A model generated the notes under the pieces. It had not been told where the DNA came from. It saw only the letters and a program-made list of their open reading frames with translations, and ran no database searches. Source: Propionibacterium freudenreichii subsp. freudenreichii (lineage in GTDB: Bacteria > Actinomycetota > Actinomycetes > Propionibacteriales > Propionibacteriaceae). From it: DNA of 32,000 nucleotides. A program made the position numbers and the translations under genes. The stretch covers positions 30,001 to 62,000 of the forward strand of contig NZ_CP010341.1 of the NCBI RefSeq assembly GCF_000940845.1, written 5' to 3'. Each line of letters opens with the position of its first letter. Position 1 is the first letter of the stretch. Of this stretch, positions 16,627-25,695 are shown piece by piece.

Positions 16627-17838
16627 CTAGTTGGCGTCAGCGAGCGTGCGGGTTGCCAGCTCGGAAAGCAGGGCGGCTGCGTCCAACAGGACGGAGTCGT
16701 CGTACAGGGCGAACGGCGAGTGGTTGCCGTGCACCTGTGCGGGGTCCTTGTCGGGCGGGGTGGCCGGCAGGATCGCGAAGGCCCCGGGCACCTGCTCGAG
16801 CACCAGCGAGAAGTCCTCGGCGGCGCCCATCGGGTTGGCCATCTCCACGAAGTGGTCGGCACCGAACAGGTCGGTGGCGGTCTTCGCGACCAGGGCGGCA
16901 CCCTCGTCGTGGTTGATGGTGGCCGGGTAGAGGTTGGTCAGCTTCACATTGGCGGTGACGCCGTGCGAGGCGGCCACGTCGGTGACCACGCGGGGCACCA
17001 TGTCGAACAGCTGCTGCTGGGCCTGCTTGGAGAAGGCGCGCATCGTGGCCTCGATGGTGGCGGTCTCAGGGATGATGTTGCGTGCCACGCCGGCCTCGAC
17101 GTGGCCACAGGTGATCACCACCGGGTCCCAGATGTTGAAGTGGCGGGCGATCATCACCTGCAGGGCGGTGATCACCTCGGCCATCGCGGGCACCGGGTCA
17201 ACGGCCAGGTGCGGCGCGGAGCCGTGGCCGCCCTTGCCGACGAATTCGAAGTCGGCCATGTCGGACGACGCCATGATCGTGCCGGGACGGCAGTAGAAGA
17301 TGCCGGCCTTGTCGAGGCCCGACCACACGTGCAGGCCATAGGCCGCGTCGACGCGCTTGCCGGCGGCGTCGAGCACGCCCTCGGCGATCATCAGTTCGGC
17401 GCCGCGGTCGCTCTCCTCACCGGGCTGGAACATGAACACCACGTCGCCGGGCAGCTCGTCGACCTTGTGCGACAGGGCGCGGGCGGCGCCCACCAGGCCG
17501 GTCATGTGGCAGTCGTGGCCGCAGGCGTGCATGGCGCCGTTGGTGCTGGCCCAGGCCAGTCCGGTCTGCTCGACCACGGGCAGCGCGTCCATGTCGCCGC
17601 GCAGCAGCACCGTCCTACGGGGGCCGTTCGAGGGGGCCTTGCCGCGCAGCACTGCGGTGATCGAGCTCAGCTTCTTGCCCAGGGTGATCTCCAGCGGCAG
17701 TCCCTCGAGCGCCTTGAGGACGCGCTGTTGGGTCTGGGGCAGGTCGAGACCGACCTCCGGGATCTGGTGCAGTTCGTGGCGTAGCGCCACCAGCTCGTCC
17801 TGGATGGAGACGAGATACGGGTCTGGGCCAAGCGGCAT
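16627..17838 (-). CDS. M20-family amidohydrolase (N-acyl-amino-acid amidohydrolase / hippurate hydrolase-like), 403 aa
   Basis: Contains LRGDMDALPV, AMHACGHDCH and FQPGEE. ATG at 17838 follows gaggaga. The 427-aa extension was rejected. Confidence 0.8.
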   Translation of the reverse strand: MPLGPDPYLVSIQDELVALRHELHQIPEVGLDLPQTQQRVLKALEGLPLEITLGKKLSSITAVLRGKAPSNGPRRTVLLRGDMDALPVVEQTGLAWASTNGAMHACGHDCHMTGLVGAARALSHKVDELPGDVVFMFQPGEESDRGAELMIAEGVLDAAGKRVDAAYGLHVWSGLDKAGIFYCRPGTIMASSDMADFEFVGKGGHGSAPHLAVDPVPAMAEVITALQVMIARHFNIWDPVVITCGHVEAGVARNIIPETATIEATMRAFSKQAQQQLFDMVPRVVTDVAASHGVTANVKLTNLYPATINHDEGAALVAKTATDLFGADHFVEMANPMGAAEDFSLVLEQVPGAFAILPATPPDKDPAQVHGNHSPFALYDDSVLLDAAALLSELATRTLADAN

Positions 17839-17993
17839 GTGTTGTTCTCCTCGATGATTCCTGACTGTGCCTATTCGAGCACCGACGGGACCCCTGTGGC
17901 CCGTTCGCACAGCCTTGATGCGTAGTTACACGGTGTTTACATGCGCCGTTAGGCTATTGCGCCCGCTTCGTGGGATCTGCCGCGTCCATTGTT

Positions 17994-18032
17994 GGTGTGG
18001 GCGGGTGTGGGTCGGCTCGGGTGTGGGTCGGC
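17994..18032 (+). repeat. G-rich ~16-bp tandem repeat (gggtgtgggtcggc x2 plus a partial copy) with five GGG runs
   Basis: ggtgtGGGcGGGtgtGGGtcggctcGGGtgtGGGtcggc was read directly. It lies in the divergent intergenic region between the M20 operon and the ABC exporter. Confidence 0.5.
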
Positions 18033-18054
18033 CGTCGCCCGCTCCGGTCGGTTA

Positions 18055-18100
18055 GGTGGGCACCTGTGCGGCGTCATTGCCGCACAACTGTCCACTTAGG
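18055..18100. repeat. REP-like palindromic element, copy B
   Basis: ggtgggcaccTGTGCGGCgtcattGCCGCACAactgtccacttagg. The 41-nt core is identical to copy C. Confidence 0.7.
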
Positions 18101-18135
18101 ACCGAACCGCGGTGGGTAGTGGGTGCAATCGGCAC

Positions 18136-18181
18136 TCAGGGAGGGCCTTTGCAGGGCAGATGACGCAAAAGTCCTCCCTGA
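18136..18181. other. Two-tier hairpin (9-bp outer stem tcagggagg/cctccctga, 6-bp inner stem ctttgc/gcaaag) centred between REP copies B and C
   Basis: The inverted repeats were read directly. Function is unknown. Confidence 0.4.
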
Positions 18182-18219
18182 AGCGCGGTGGACCACCAGG
18201 GCCGACCCGAAACCCCACA

Positions 18220-18268
18220 AAGTGGGCACCTGTGCGGCGTCATTGCCGCACAACTGTCCACTCAGTGG
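18220..18268. repeat. REP-like palindromic element, copy C
   Basis: aagtgggcaccTGTGCGGCgtcattGCCGCACAactgtccactcagtgg, in the same orientation as copy B and 165 bp downstream of it. Confidence 0.7.
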
Positions 18269-18527
18269 TGGTGGGCCGGTGGTGGCCGACGGCGATGCAG
18301 CGGGTGGACGCGGGTCGCCGGCGGGGGATGGCATTTCGCCGACTTGGGATGATGGGTGCCGTGAGGCACTTCCTGTGACCGGTACCGATACGACCGGCTC
18401 CCCCGCGGCCGGCACCCCCGCAACCGGACATGTTGCAGCTGGGCGACATCGTGCAGCTGGACAACGTGCAGCCGGAACCCGTCGGGCCCGCTGGTGGGCG
18501 ACGTTGTGGCCGCACGGCCTGGCGGGT

Positions 18528-20267
18528 GTGGCACCTGACCAGGACGCCACCCTGATCGACCTTGCGACGCTGCGTTCCAGCGGTGCCGTCCTGCGCGCCA
18601 TGGTGCGCCGCGATCCACTCAAGTTCAGCCTCGGGGCACTGGGGGCCGCGCTGGTGAGCGTGGCGAATGTGTCCATCCCGCTGGCCATGGGACGCGCCGT
18701 GCAGGTGGGCCTGGTGGACCACCGGTTCAGCGGGTTCGCGCTGTGGCTGGGCGTGGTGGCACTGGCCTATCTGTTGCGTGCGGGCGCCACCACCCTGCGC
18801 CTGCACTCGAACATGTCCGCGTCGATGCTGCAGCACGACATGCGCGTGCAGGCCCTGGCCCGCACCGTCGATCCCACCGGGCTGGGCTCGGCCCGGCGCC
18901 TGCCCGGCGACCTGCTCACCGTGATGATCACCGACGCCCGCACCACCTCGCGCGCGCTGGTGGCGCTCACCGGCGTCCCCGGCCAGCTGGTCACGCTGAT
19001 CGGCGCGCTGGTGGCCCTGCTGCTCATCGATTGGCGCCTGTCGGTGGCCGTGCTGGTGCTCACCCCCTTATTGGTGCTGATGTCGCTGAAGGGCCTGGCA
19101 CCGATCCAGGAGCGCACCCGCGCCGAGCGACGCGCCGAGGCCGCCGCTGCCGGCATCGCCGCCGACCTCACCGAGGGCCTGCGCGTGGTGCAGGGGCTCG
19201 GGGCGTCGGCCCGCGCGTCGTCACGTTTCCGCACCGCGAGCCAGACCGGCCTGGCCGCCACGCTGCGCACCCGCACCGCCCGCGGCATCTACAACGCCGT
19301 GGTGAGTGGTGCGGTCGGCATCTTCACCGCGCTGCTCACCCTGCTGGGGGCCGTGCTCGCCCTCAACGGCCAGATCACCATCGGCGCGCTGGTCACCGTC
19401 GTCGGCCTCGGCCAGACGCTCGCCCCTCCGTTGCGCTCGCTGGGCGTGGACACGGCGTCCACCCTGGCGTCGGCACGCGCCTCTGCCGACCGGGTGCGCG
19501 AGCTCGTGGCCACCCCACCGGCCCAGCAGTTCGGCACCGCCGACGAACCGCCGGCCGGCCCGGTGCACCTGGAGCTGCGCGGGGTGACCACGCCGACGAT
19601 CACGGTGCCGCTCAACCTGGCCGTGCCGCCCGGGCGCCAACTGGGCATGGTGGGTCCCGAACCGGTGATCGACGAGCTGGCGGCCCTGGTCGCCCGCGAA
19701 CGCCGCCCGGCCACCGGACAGCTGCTGGTGGACGCCCGTCCCGCCGCCGAATGGAGCGACGACGGCTACCGCGCCCGGGTGCTGGCCGCTCCCCGCGAGC
19801 CCGAACTGTTCGACGGCACCCTGCGCGAGAACCTCACCCTGGCCCCCGACGGCCCGCTGCAGGCCGAGGCCGACAAGGCCCTGGACGCCGCCATCTGGGC
19901 GTCGGCAAGCGGCGACACCGTGGCCGGCCTGCCTGCCGGCGTCGACGAGATGATCGGCGAGGGCGGCCAGGAACTGTCGGGTGGGCAACGCCAGCGCATC
20001 GCCCTGGCCCGCGCCCTGCTGCACGCCGACGACCTGCTCATGCTCGTGGAACCCACCACCAGCGTCGACCCGATCACCGACCGCGAGATCGCCGAGCGGA
20101 TGCGTGAGTTCCGCGCCGGACGCACCACCATGGTCGCCTGCTCGTCGGCCAACGAGCTGGCGCAGGCCGACGAGGTGGTCTTCTTCGGCGAGGACGGCGC
20201 GATCATCGCCCGCGGCCCCCACGAATCGCTGCTGGCGCTCGACGCCTACCGGGAGGTGTTGTCGTAA
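18528..20267 (+). CDS. ABC exporter subunit (TMD-NBD) with degenerate Walker A, Walker B and H-loop; start uncertain
   Basis: A six-helix TMD is followed by an NBD. The NBD has VGPEPVIDEL in place of GxxGxGKS/T, LMLVEP in place of hhhhDE, and VACSS in place of the H-loop, but a canonical LSGGQRQR signature. Third-position GC rises from about 18490. Candidate starts are TTG 18504, GTG 18528 and ATG 18600. The 714-aa ORF start at 18123 was rejected. Confidence 0.7.
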   Translation: MAPDQDATLIDLATLRSSGAVLRAMVRRDPLKFSLGALGAALVSVANVSIPLAMGRAVQVGLVDHRFSGFALWLGVVALAYLLRAGATTLRLHSNMSASMLQHDMRVQALARTVDPTGLGSARRLPGDLLTVMITDARTTSRALVALTGVPGQLVTLIGALVALLLIDWRLSVAVLVLTPLLVLMSLKGLAPIQERTRAERRAEAAAAGIAADLTEGLRVVQGLGASARASSRFRTASQTGLAATLRTRTARGIYNAVVSGAVGIFTALLTLLGAVLALNGQITIGALVTVVGLGQTLAPPLRSLGVDTASTLASARASADRVRELVATPPAQQFGTADEPPAGPVHLELRGVTTPTITVPLNLAVPPGRQLGMVGPEPVIDELAALVARERRPATGQLLVDARPAAEWSDDGYRARVLAAPREPELFDGTLRENLTLAPDGPLQAEADKALDAAIWASASGDTVAGLPAGVDEMIGEGGQELSGGQRQRIALARALLHADDLLMLVEPTTSVDPITDREIAERMREFRAGRTTMVACSSANELAQADEVVFFGEDGAIIARGPHESLLALDAYREVLS

Positions 20268-22234
20268 TGCGCGCCCATGGTCCGGTCTGGCTGCCGCGCG
20301 GCCCCGCGAACCGCTGGCTGCCCCTGGCGTCCGGACGCCAGATCGCTGCGCAGGTGCGCTCCCATTCCCACGGCCTGTGGCGGTGGCTCGTGCTGGCCGT
20401 GGTGGCCATGACCATCTCGGCGCTCACCTCGCTGGCGCTGCCGGTGGCCACCGGCATGGTGGTTGACCAGGTGCGTACCCACGGTCCGCTGAGCGGGCTG
20501 ATCGCGCCGGGCGTCATGGTGGTCACGGCCGTGATCATCGGAGCCGTCGCCTCGGGTGCCGGCCAGGCGCTCACCCCGTCGTATTTCGCCGCGGTGCTGG
20601 CCCGGCTGCGTGAGGACATGCTGGCCCGCGCGCTCGACCTCGACCAGCAGCTGATCGAGCAGGCCGGCAGCGCCGACCTCGTGGCCCGCGTGGGTGACGA
20701 CGTGGCGACCGTGCGCGATTCGGTGAACGCCGGACTGCCGCGCATGGTGAACACCTCCATCCTGCTCGTCGTGGCGGCGAGCGGCCTGGCGGCGATGAGC
20801 CCACTGTTCCTGCTGCCGCTGGCCGCGGGGGCCGTGGTGTTCACGGCGTCGGTGCGCTGGTTCCTCAAGCGCGCCCCGGCGATCTACCGCAACGAACGCC
20901 AGGCGTCGGCTCGCCAGTCGCAGGACATCCTGTCGACGCTGCACGGCCTGGATGCCGTGCGCGCCTTCGGGCTGGCCGGCCTGCGCACCGGCATCGTGGC
21001 CCGCAGCTCGTGGCAGGCGGTGCGCTGGGAACTGCGCGGCCGCTTCCTGTCCAACGCCCTGGTGGTGCGCCTGGTGATCGGCGAGGCCGTGGTGATCATC
21101 GGCCAACTGCTCGTGAGCTATCCGTTGGTCACCGGCGGGCACGTGAGCGTCGGCCAGGCGTCGGCCGCCGGGCTGTTGCTGCTGTCATTGATGGGTCCGC
21201 TGCGCTTCCTGCTGATGTTCATCGACGACCTGCAGGCCGCCTACGCCTCGCTGCAGCGCATCGTGGGCGTGCTGGGTGTGGACGCCCACCACGCGCCACA
21301 GGGGGACGATTCCTTTGCTGCTCCGACGGACGGAGCAGGGGCAGGGCAGCCCGGGGCGGGTTCCCCGGCGGGCGCGCGCTCGGGGGTGGGGCCCTCGGAC
21401 ACCGGCCCCGTCGAGAGCCGGCCCGTGGGTGTTGGCCCCATGGACACCGGTGCCATGGAAGCGGGCCCCATCGAAGCAGCGCGCATCGAAGCAGGGCGCA
21501 TCGAAGCGGGCCCCATGGAAACCGGGCGCATCGAGATCCGCCACCTCGGCTTCGCCTACCGGCCCGACCAGCCGGTGCTGTCCGACATCAACCTGACCAT
21601 CGCGCCGGGCGAGCATGTGGCGGTGATCGGTGAATCGGGCGCCGGCAAGTCGACGCTGGCGAAGCTGATCGCCGGCACCCTGTCGAGCTCATCGGGTGAG
21701 GTCGCGGTGGGCGCGCGTCCGGGCACCCGGGGCCCCGCCGTGGTGCTCGTCTCGCAGGACATCCACACCTTCTCGGGGTCGCTTGCCGACGATGTGACGA
21801 TGGGTGCCCCCGCCAGCACCGTCGATGACCAGCTGGCCGCCCTGGCCCGCGACGCCCTCGACCGGGTGGGCGCCGACTGGGCCACCGACCTGTCCATGGT
21901 CGTCGGACGCCTGGGCACCGCGCTCAGCCCGGCGCAGGCCCAACAAGTCGCCCTGGCCCGCGTGCTGGTGGCCGATCCGGCGATCGTGATCCTCGACGAG
22001 GCCACCGCCGAGGCCGGCAGTGCCGGCGCACGGATGCTCGACCGGGCCGCCGACCAGGCGATCGCCGGACGCACCGCGCTGGTGATCGCCCACCGGCTGT
22101 CGCAGGCGGCGCACGCCGACCGCATCGTGGTGATGGCCCGCGACCGCATCGCCGAGGTGGGCACCCCCGATGAACTGCTGGCCCGCGACGGCGAGTTCAC
22201 CCGGTTGTGGAGGGCCTGGCAGGCCGAGCGCTGA
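20267..22234 (+). CDS. ABC exporter subunit (TMD-NBD) with canonical Walker A/B and a degenerate signature motif, 655 aa
   Basis: Its ATG overlaps the upstream TAA (TAATG). It has [17 protein letters not shown] and IAHRL, but LSPAQAQQ in place of LSGGQ. The TMD-NBD linker contains a repeat expansion. Confidence 0.8.
   Translation: MRAHGPVWLPRGPANRWLPLASGRQIAAQVRSHSHGLWRWLVLAVVAMTISALTSLALPVATGMVVDQVRTHGPLSGLIAPGVMVVTAVIIGAVASGAGQALTPSYFAAVLARLREDMLARALDLDQQLIEQAGSADLVARVGDDVATVRDSVNAGLPRMVNTSILLVVAASGLAAMSPLFLLPLAAGAVVFTASVRWFLKRAPAIYRNERQASARQSQDILSTLHGLDAVRAFGLAGLRTGIVARSSWQAVRWELRGRFLSNALVVRLVIGEAVVIIGQLLVSYPLVTGGHVSVGQASAAGLLLLSLMGPLRFLLMFIDDLQAAYASLQRIVGVLGVDAHHAPQGDDSFAAPTDGAGAGQPGAGSPAGARSGVGPSDTGPVESRPVGVGPMDTGAMEAGPIEAARIEAGRIEAGPMETGRIEIRHLGFAYRPDQPVLSDINLTIAPGEHVAVIGESGAGKSTLAKLIAGTLSSSSGEVAVGARPGTRGPAVVLVSQDIHTFSGSLADDVTMGAPASTVDDQLAALARDALDRVGADWATDLSMVVGRLGTALSPAQAQQVALARVLVADPAIVILDEATAEAGSAGARMLDRAADQAIAGRTALVIAHRLSQAAHADRIVVMARDRIAEVGTPDELLARDGEFTRLWRAWQAER
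21434..21538 (+). repeat. Seven in-frame 15-bp tandem repeats encoding G-x-[I/M]-[E/D]-x pentapeptides in the TMD-NBD linker
   Basis: The units are ggccccatggacacc / ggtgccatggaagcg / ggccccatcgaagca / gcgcgcatcgaagca / gggcgcatcgaagcg / ggccccatggaaacc / gggcgcatcgagatc. They translate to [35 protein letters not shown]. Confidence 0.8.
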
Positions 22235-22457
22235 GCGGGGAAGGGCCCGGCACGCCCCATCCACAGGCCGGGAGGCCACTTTGACCCCTCCCTGCACATT
22301 TGCTATGTCGCGCCCGCGCGTGCGCGCACGTATGTGCACTGCGTGCAGGCTGATCACATGGTTTCCGCCGGCCCTGCCCCCGGCCCAGAACCCGCTGATA
22401 TACAAGAAACAACCCGGCAACGAAGCCGGAGATTGCTCGTCAAAGGAGAAGAGCATC

Positions 22458-23573
22458 ATGCGTATCGGAGTGCCTACAGAGATCAAGAACAACGAGTTCC
22501 GCGTGGCGATTACACCGGCCGGCGTCCACAGCCTGGCGGCGCACGGCCACGAAGTATTCGTCCAGAAGGGGGCCGGTGAGGGCTCGTCGATCACCGACGA
22601 GGAGTTCACCAAGGCCGGCGCCACCATCCTCGACACCGCCGAGCAGGTCTGGGACGACGCCGAGATGATCATCAAGGTGAAGGAGCCCATCGCCAGCGAA
22701 TACGGCCTCATGCGCGAGGGCCAGCTGCTGTTCACCTACCTGCACCTGGCCGCTGACCGTCCGCTCACCGAGGAGCTGCTGCGCCGCAAGGTGACGTCGA
22801 TCGCCTACGAGACGGTTGAGCTCGCCGACGGCTCCCTCCCCCTGCTGGCCCCCATGTCAGAGGTGGCCGGACGCCTGTCTGCCCAGGTGGGTGCCTACAA
22901 CCTGATGCAGCCCTATGGCGGACGTGGCGTGCTGTTGGGCGGGGCAAGCGGCGTTAAGAAGGGACGTGCCGTGGTGCTCGGCGGCGGCACGGCGGGTTTC
23001 TGCTCGGCACGCGTGCTCGACGGCATGGGTGCAGACGTCACGATCTTCGACGTCGACGCGGCGCGCATGGAATACATCGAGGACATCACCCACGGCGATA
23101 TCCACACCGAGTACTCCACGCCGTTCGCGGTGGAGGAGGCCTGCGTACTGGCTGACCTGGTGGTGGGTTCGGTGCTGGTACCCGGGGCCCGCACGCCGAA
23201 GTTGGTGAGCCACGAGCTGGTCACCAAGATGAAGAAGGGTTCGGTGCTCGTCGACATCGCCATCGACCAGGGCGGCTGCTTCGAGGACTCGCATCCGACC
23301 ACACACGCCGACCCCACCTTCAAGGTGGAGGGGTCGATCTTCTACTGCGTGGCCAATATGCCCGGCGCCGTGCCGTTCACCTCCACCTATGCCCTCACCA
23401 ATGCCACGTTGCGCTACGCACAGTTGCTGGCTGACAAGGGCTGGGAAGAGGCCATTCGGCTGCGTCACGACCTGGCGCTGGGGCTGAGCACCTACGACGG
23501 CCAGCTGTTCACCGACGGCGTCGGCGAGGCACTCGGCATCGACGTCGAGCCGCTGTCGACCGTGCTGGGCTGA
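22458..23573 (+). CDS. ald: Alanine dehydrogenase, 371 aa
   Basis: [23 protein letters not shown]... , [10 protein letters not shown] (NAD fold) and [17 protein letters not shown] at 22458 follows aaaggagaagag. The length is typical for Ald. Confidence 0.9.
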   Translation: MRIGVPTEIKNNEFRVAITPAGVHSLAAHGHEVFVQKGAGEGSSITDEEFTKAGATILDTAEQVWDDAEMIIKVKEPIASEYGLMREGQLLFTYLHLAADRPLTEELLRRKVTSIAYETVELADGSLPLLAPMSEVAGRLSAQVGAYNLMQPYGGRGVLLGGASGVKKGRAVVLGGGTAGFCSARVLDGMGADVTIFDVDAARMEYIEDITHGDIHTEYSTPFAVEEACVLADLVVGSVLVPGARTPKLVSHELVTKMKKGSVLVDIAIDQGGCFEDSHPTTHADPTFKVEGSIFYCVANMPGAVPFTSTYALTNATLRYAQLLADKGWEEAIRLRHDLALGLSTYDGQLFTDGVGEALGIDVEPLSTVLG

Positions 23574-23658
23574 GCCGGGCGCGTTCACGACATGTCTCCT
23601 CCACCGGGGGCCTCCTCGCGGAGGCCTCCTGAGGGGGAGTCCCCTCCACAGCAACAAG

Positions 23659-23706
23659 CAATCTCGTTCTGGATCAATCTCGTTCCAGATCAATGTTGTT
23701 CCAGAT
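23659..23706. repeat. Three tandem 16-bp AT-richer repeats (caatctcgttctggat / caatctcgttccagat / caatgttgttccagat)
   Basis: Read directly. They lie in the 367-bp ald-permease intergenic region, 235 bp upstream of the permease ATG. Confidence 0.75.
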
Positions 23707-23940
23707 ACAGTCCCGTGCGGCCCACGCCGACATGGGACGACGGCCGGGGATGGCCCGGCGCGCCACGGATGGTGAGCCATGCGTCGGCCCGTCGGGACCC
23801 ACCCCTCCGGTGGCATCCACCGGCGGCCGCCACGTGGTGAGGTGATGGGTCGGGCGGCCCTCTGGGCAGTCCCCCCGCCATGGCTTCCAGGACCTCTTGT
23901 CGCACCGCGATCGGTCAATCCTCAAGGGAGAGGTTTTGTC

Positions 23941-25479
23941 ATGGCACTGGATTGGACTGGTATACCACCTGAGGTGGACCTTCCTGACGGTGAACCTGAA
24001 CTGAGTCGCGGGCTGAAGAATCGCCATCTCCAGCTCATAGCCATAGGTGGTGCGATCGGAACCGGCCTGTTCCTGGGCGCTGGCCGCACCATCCACCTGG
24101 CAGGCCCGTCGATCGTCCTGGTTTATGTGATCATCGGTTTCTTCTTGTTCTTCGTCATGCGCGCGATGGGTGAGCTGCTCCTGTCGAACCTGGCGTACAA
24201 GTCGTTCGCGGACTTCGCGACCGACCTGATCGGCCCCTGGGCCGGCTTCTACATCGGCTGGACGTACTGGATGTGCTGGGTGGTGATCGGCATCGCCGAC
24301 ACGACGGCCATCTGTGGATACCTGGCCCTGTGGTTCCCCGACTTGCCCAAGTGGATCCCCGCCCTGTGCGTGGTGTTGTTGCTCACCGGGCTCAACATGG
24401 TGGCGGTGCGGGTGTTCGGCGAGCTGGAGTTCTGGTTCGCCATGATCAAGATCGTCACGATCATCGCGCTGATCCTGGTGGGCGCCTACCTGGCGTTCAC
24501 GGCCTTCCAGCCGCCGATGGCGGGGGCGCCGGCCGCGTCATTCGCCCACATGTGGGATCGCGGCGGGTTCTTCCCGACGGGCTTTGCCGGATTCATGGCC
24601 GGCTTCCAGATTGCGATCTTCTCCTTCCAGGGCATCGAGATGGCCGGCACGGCTGCTGCCGAAACGGCCGATCCCGAGCACAACCTGCCGAAGGCCATCA
24701 ACTCGATCCCGGCCCGTGTGCTGATCTTCTACGTGCTGGCCCTGATCGTCATCATGTCGGTGCAGCCCTGGGACCTGATTGATCCCAACAACAGCCCGTT
24801 CGTCGAGATGTTCAGCTTCATCGGGGTGCTGATCGCCTTCCACGTGATCAACTTCGTGGTGCTCACCTCGGCGGCGTCGTCGGCCAACTCGGGGGTGTTC
24901 TCCACCTCGCGCATCATGTACGGACTGGCGCGCGAGAAGAACGCGCCCAAGCGGTTCGCGAAGCTGTCGGGACGCCACATCCCGCGCAATGCGCTGTTCC
25001 TCACCGCCCTGTGCATCTCGCCGTCGATCATCCTGGTGATGTTGTCCGATTCGGTGATGGACGCCTTCAGCCTGGTGGCCGGCATCTCGTCGGTGCTCTA
25101 CCTGTCGGTGTGGGGGCTGATCGTCGCCTGCTACATCGCCTACCTGCGCAAGCACCCCGAGCGGCATGCCGAGTCGATCTTCCCGATGCCGCTGGCGCGC
25201 ATCATGCCCCGGGCCACGCTGGTGTTCTTCGTGGCGATCCTGGTGGTGCTGGGCTTCGCGAAGGATTCACGGATCGCGTTGTTCTTCGCGCCGGTGTGGA
25301 TCCTGTTCATGGCGCTCATGTACCGCTTCCTGCGTTCGACGCGTGCCGAGGCCGAGCCGATCGACTTCGATGCGGAGCGTGATCGGGCCCGGGAGCTGGT
25401 TGAGCAGCATGTCACCGAGACCGGCGGCAAGGGTGCCTCCGAGCGGCTCAAGAAGACCGGCCGGCGCACCCTGGACTGA
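23941..25479 (+). CDS. APC-family amino-acid permease (CycA/AnsP/AroP-like), 512 aa
   Basis: Contains LKNRHLQLIAIGGAIGTGLFLG and FSFQGIEMAGTAAAE. ATG at 23941 follows gggagagg. The extension to 23779 was rejected. Confidence 0.8.
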   Translation: MALDWTGIPPEVDLPDGEPELSRGLKNRHLQLIAIGGAIGTGLFLGAGRTIHLAGPSIVLVYVIIGFFLFFVMRAMGELLLSNLAYKSFADFATDLIGPWAGFYIGWTYWMCWVVIGIADTTAICGYLALWFPDLPKWIPALCVVLLLTGLNMVAVRVFGELEFWFAMIKIVTIIALILVGAYLAFTAFQPPMAGAPAASFAHMWDRGGFFPTGFAGFMAGFQIAIFSFQGIEMAGTAAAETADPEHNLPKAINSIPARVLIFYVLALIVIMSVQPWDLIDPNNSPFVEMFSFIGVLIAFHVINFVVLTSAASSANSGVFSTSRIMYGLAREKNAPKRFAKLSGRHIPRNALFLTALCISPSIILVMLSDSVMDAFSLVAGISSVLYLSVWGLIVACYIAYLRKHPERHAESIFPMPLARIMPRATLVFFVAILVVLGFAKDSRIALFFAPVWILFMALMYRFLRSTRAEAEPIDFDAERDRARELVEQHVTETGGKGASERLKKTGRRTLD

Positions 25480-25485
25480 TCGCAC

Positions 25486-25559
25486 GCCCGGTGGGCGGCA
25501 GGGTTGCGCCCACGACATGTGAGCCCGGTGGGCGGCAGGCTCGCGCCCACCACAAGTGC
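25486..25559. repeat. Two tandem ~37-bp repeats, each containing a 7-bp-stem hairpin (gtgggcg / cgcccac)
   Basis: gcccggtgggcggcagggttgcgcccacgacatgtga / gcccggtgggcggcaggctcgcgcccaccacaagtgc. They begin 7 bp after the permease stop. Confidence 0.7.
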
Positions 25560-25616
25560 ACACAGCATTCGTCCCCGTCACCTGGCGTTCACCAGGGGCG
25601 GGGACGAATGCTGTGT
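25560..25616. terminator. Perfect 18-bp-stem hairpin; probable bidirectional terminator between convergent genes
   Basis: acacagcattcgtccccg ... cggggacgaatgctgtgt, with a 21-nt loop that contains its own cctgg/ccagg mini-stem. Confidence 0.6.
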
Positions 25617-25695
25617 TGTCGGGGAAATTCGTGTTGTCGAGGATGGGTGTGGGGCCCGGGTTGCCTCAGTCCGGGCCGTCCCAGATCCCGCTGCC

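Noticed and set aside
15109-17784. 891-aa ORF on the plus strand, the largest in the ORF track
   Set aside because: It lies entirely antisense to the MFS transporter and M20 amidohydrolase genes. Its translation is Arg/Gly/His/Asp-rich and low in complexity, with no motifs. This is the typical shadow ORF of high-GC DNA.
21434-21538. Possible CRISPR array (also considered for the repeats at 23659-23706 and 25486-25559)
   Set aside because: The repeat units are contiguous with no spacers and are too short (15-37 bp). One set is in-frame coding sequence. There are no cas genes in the window.
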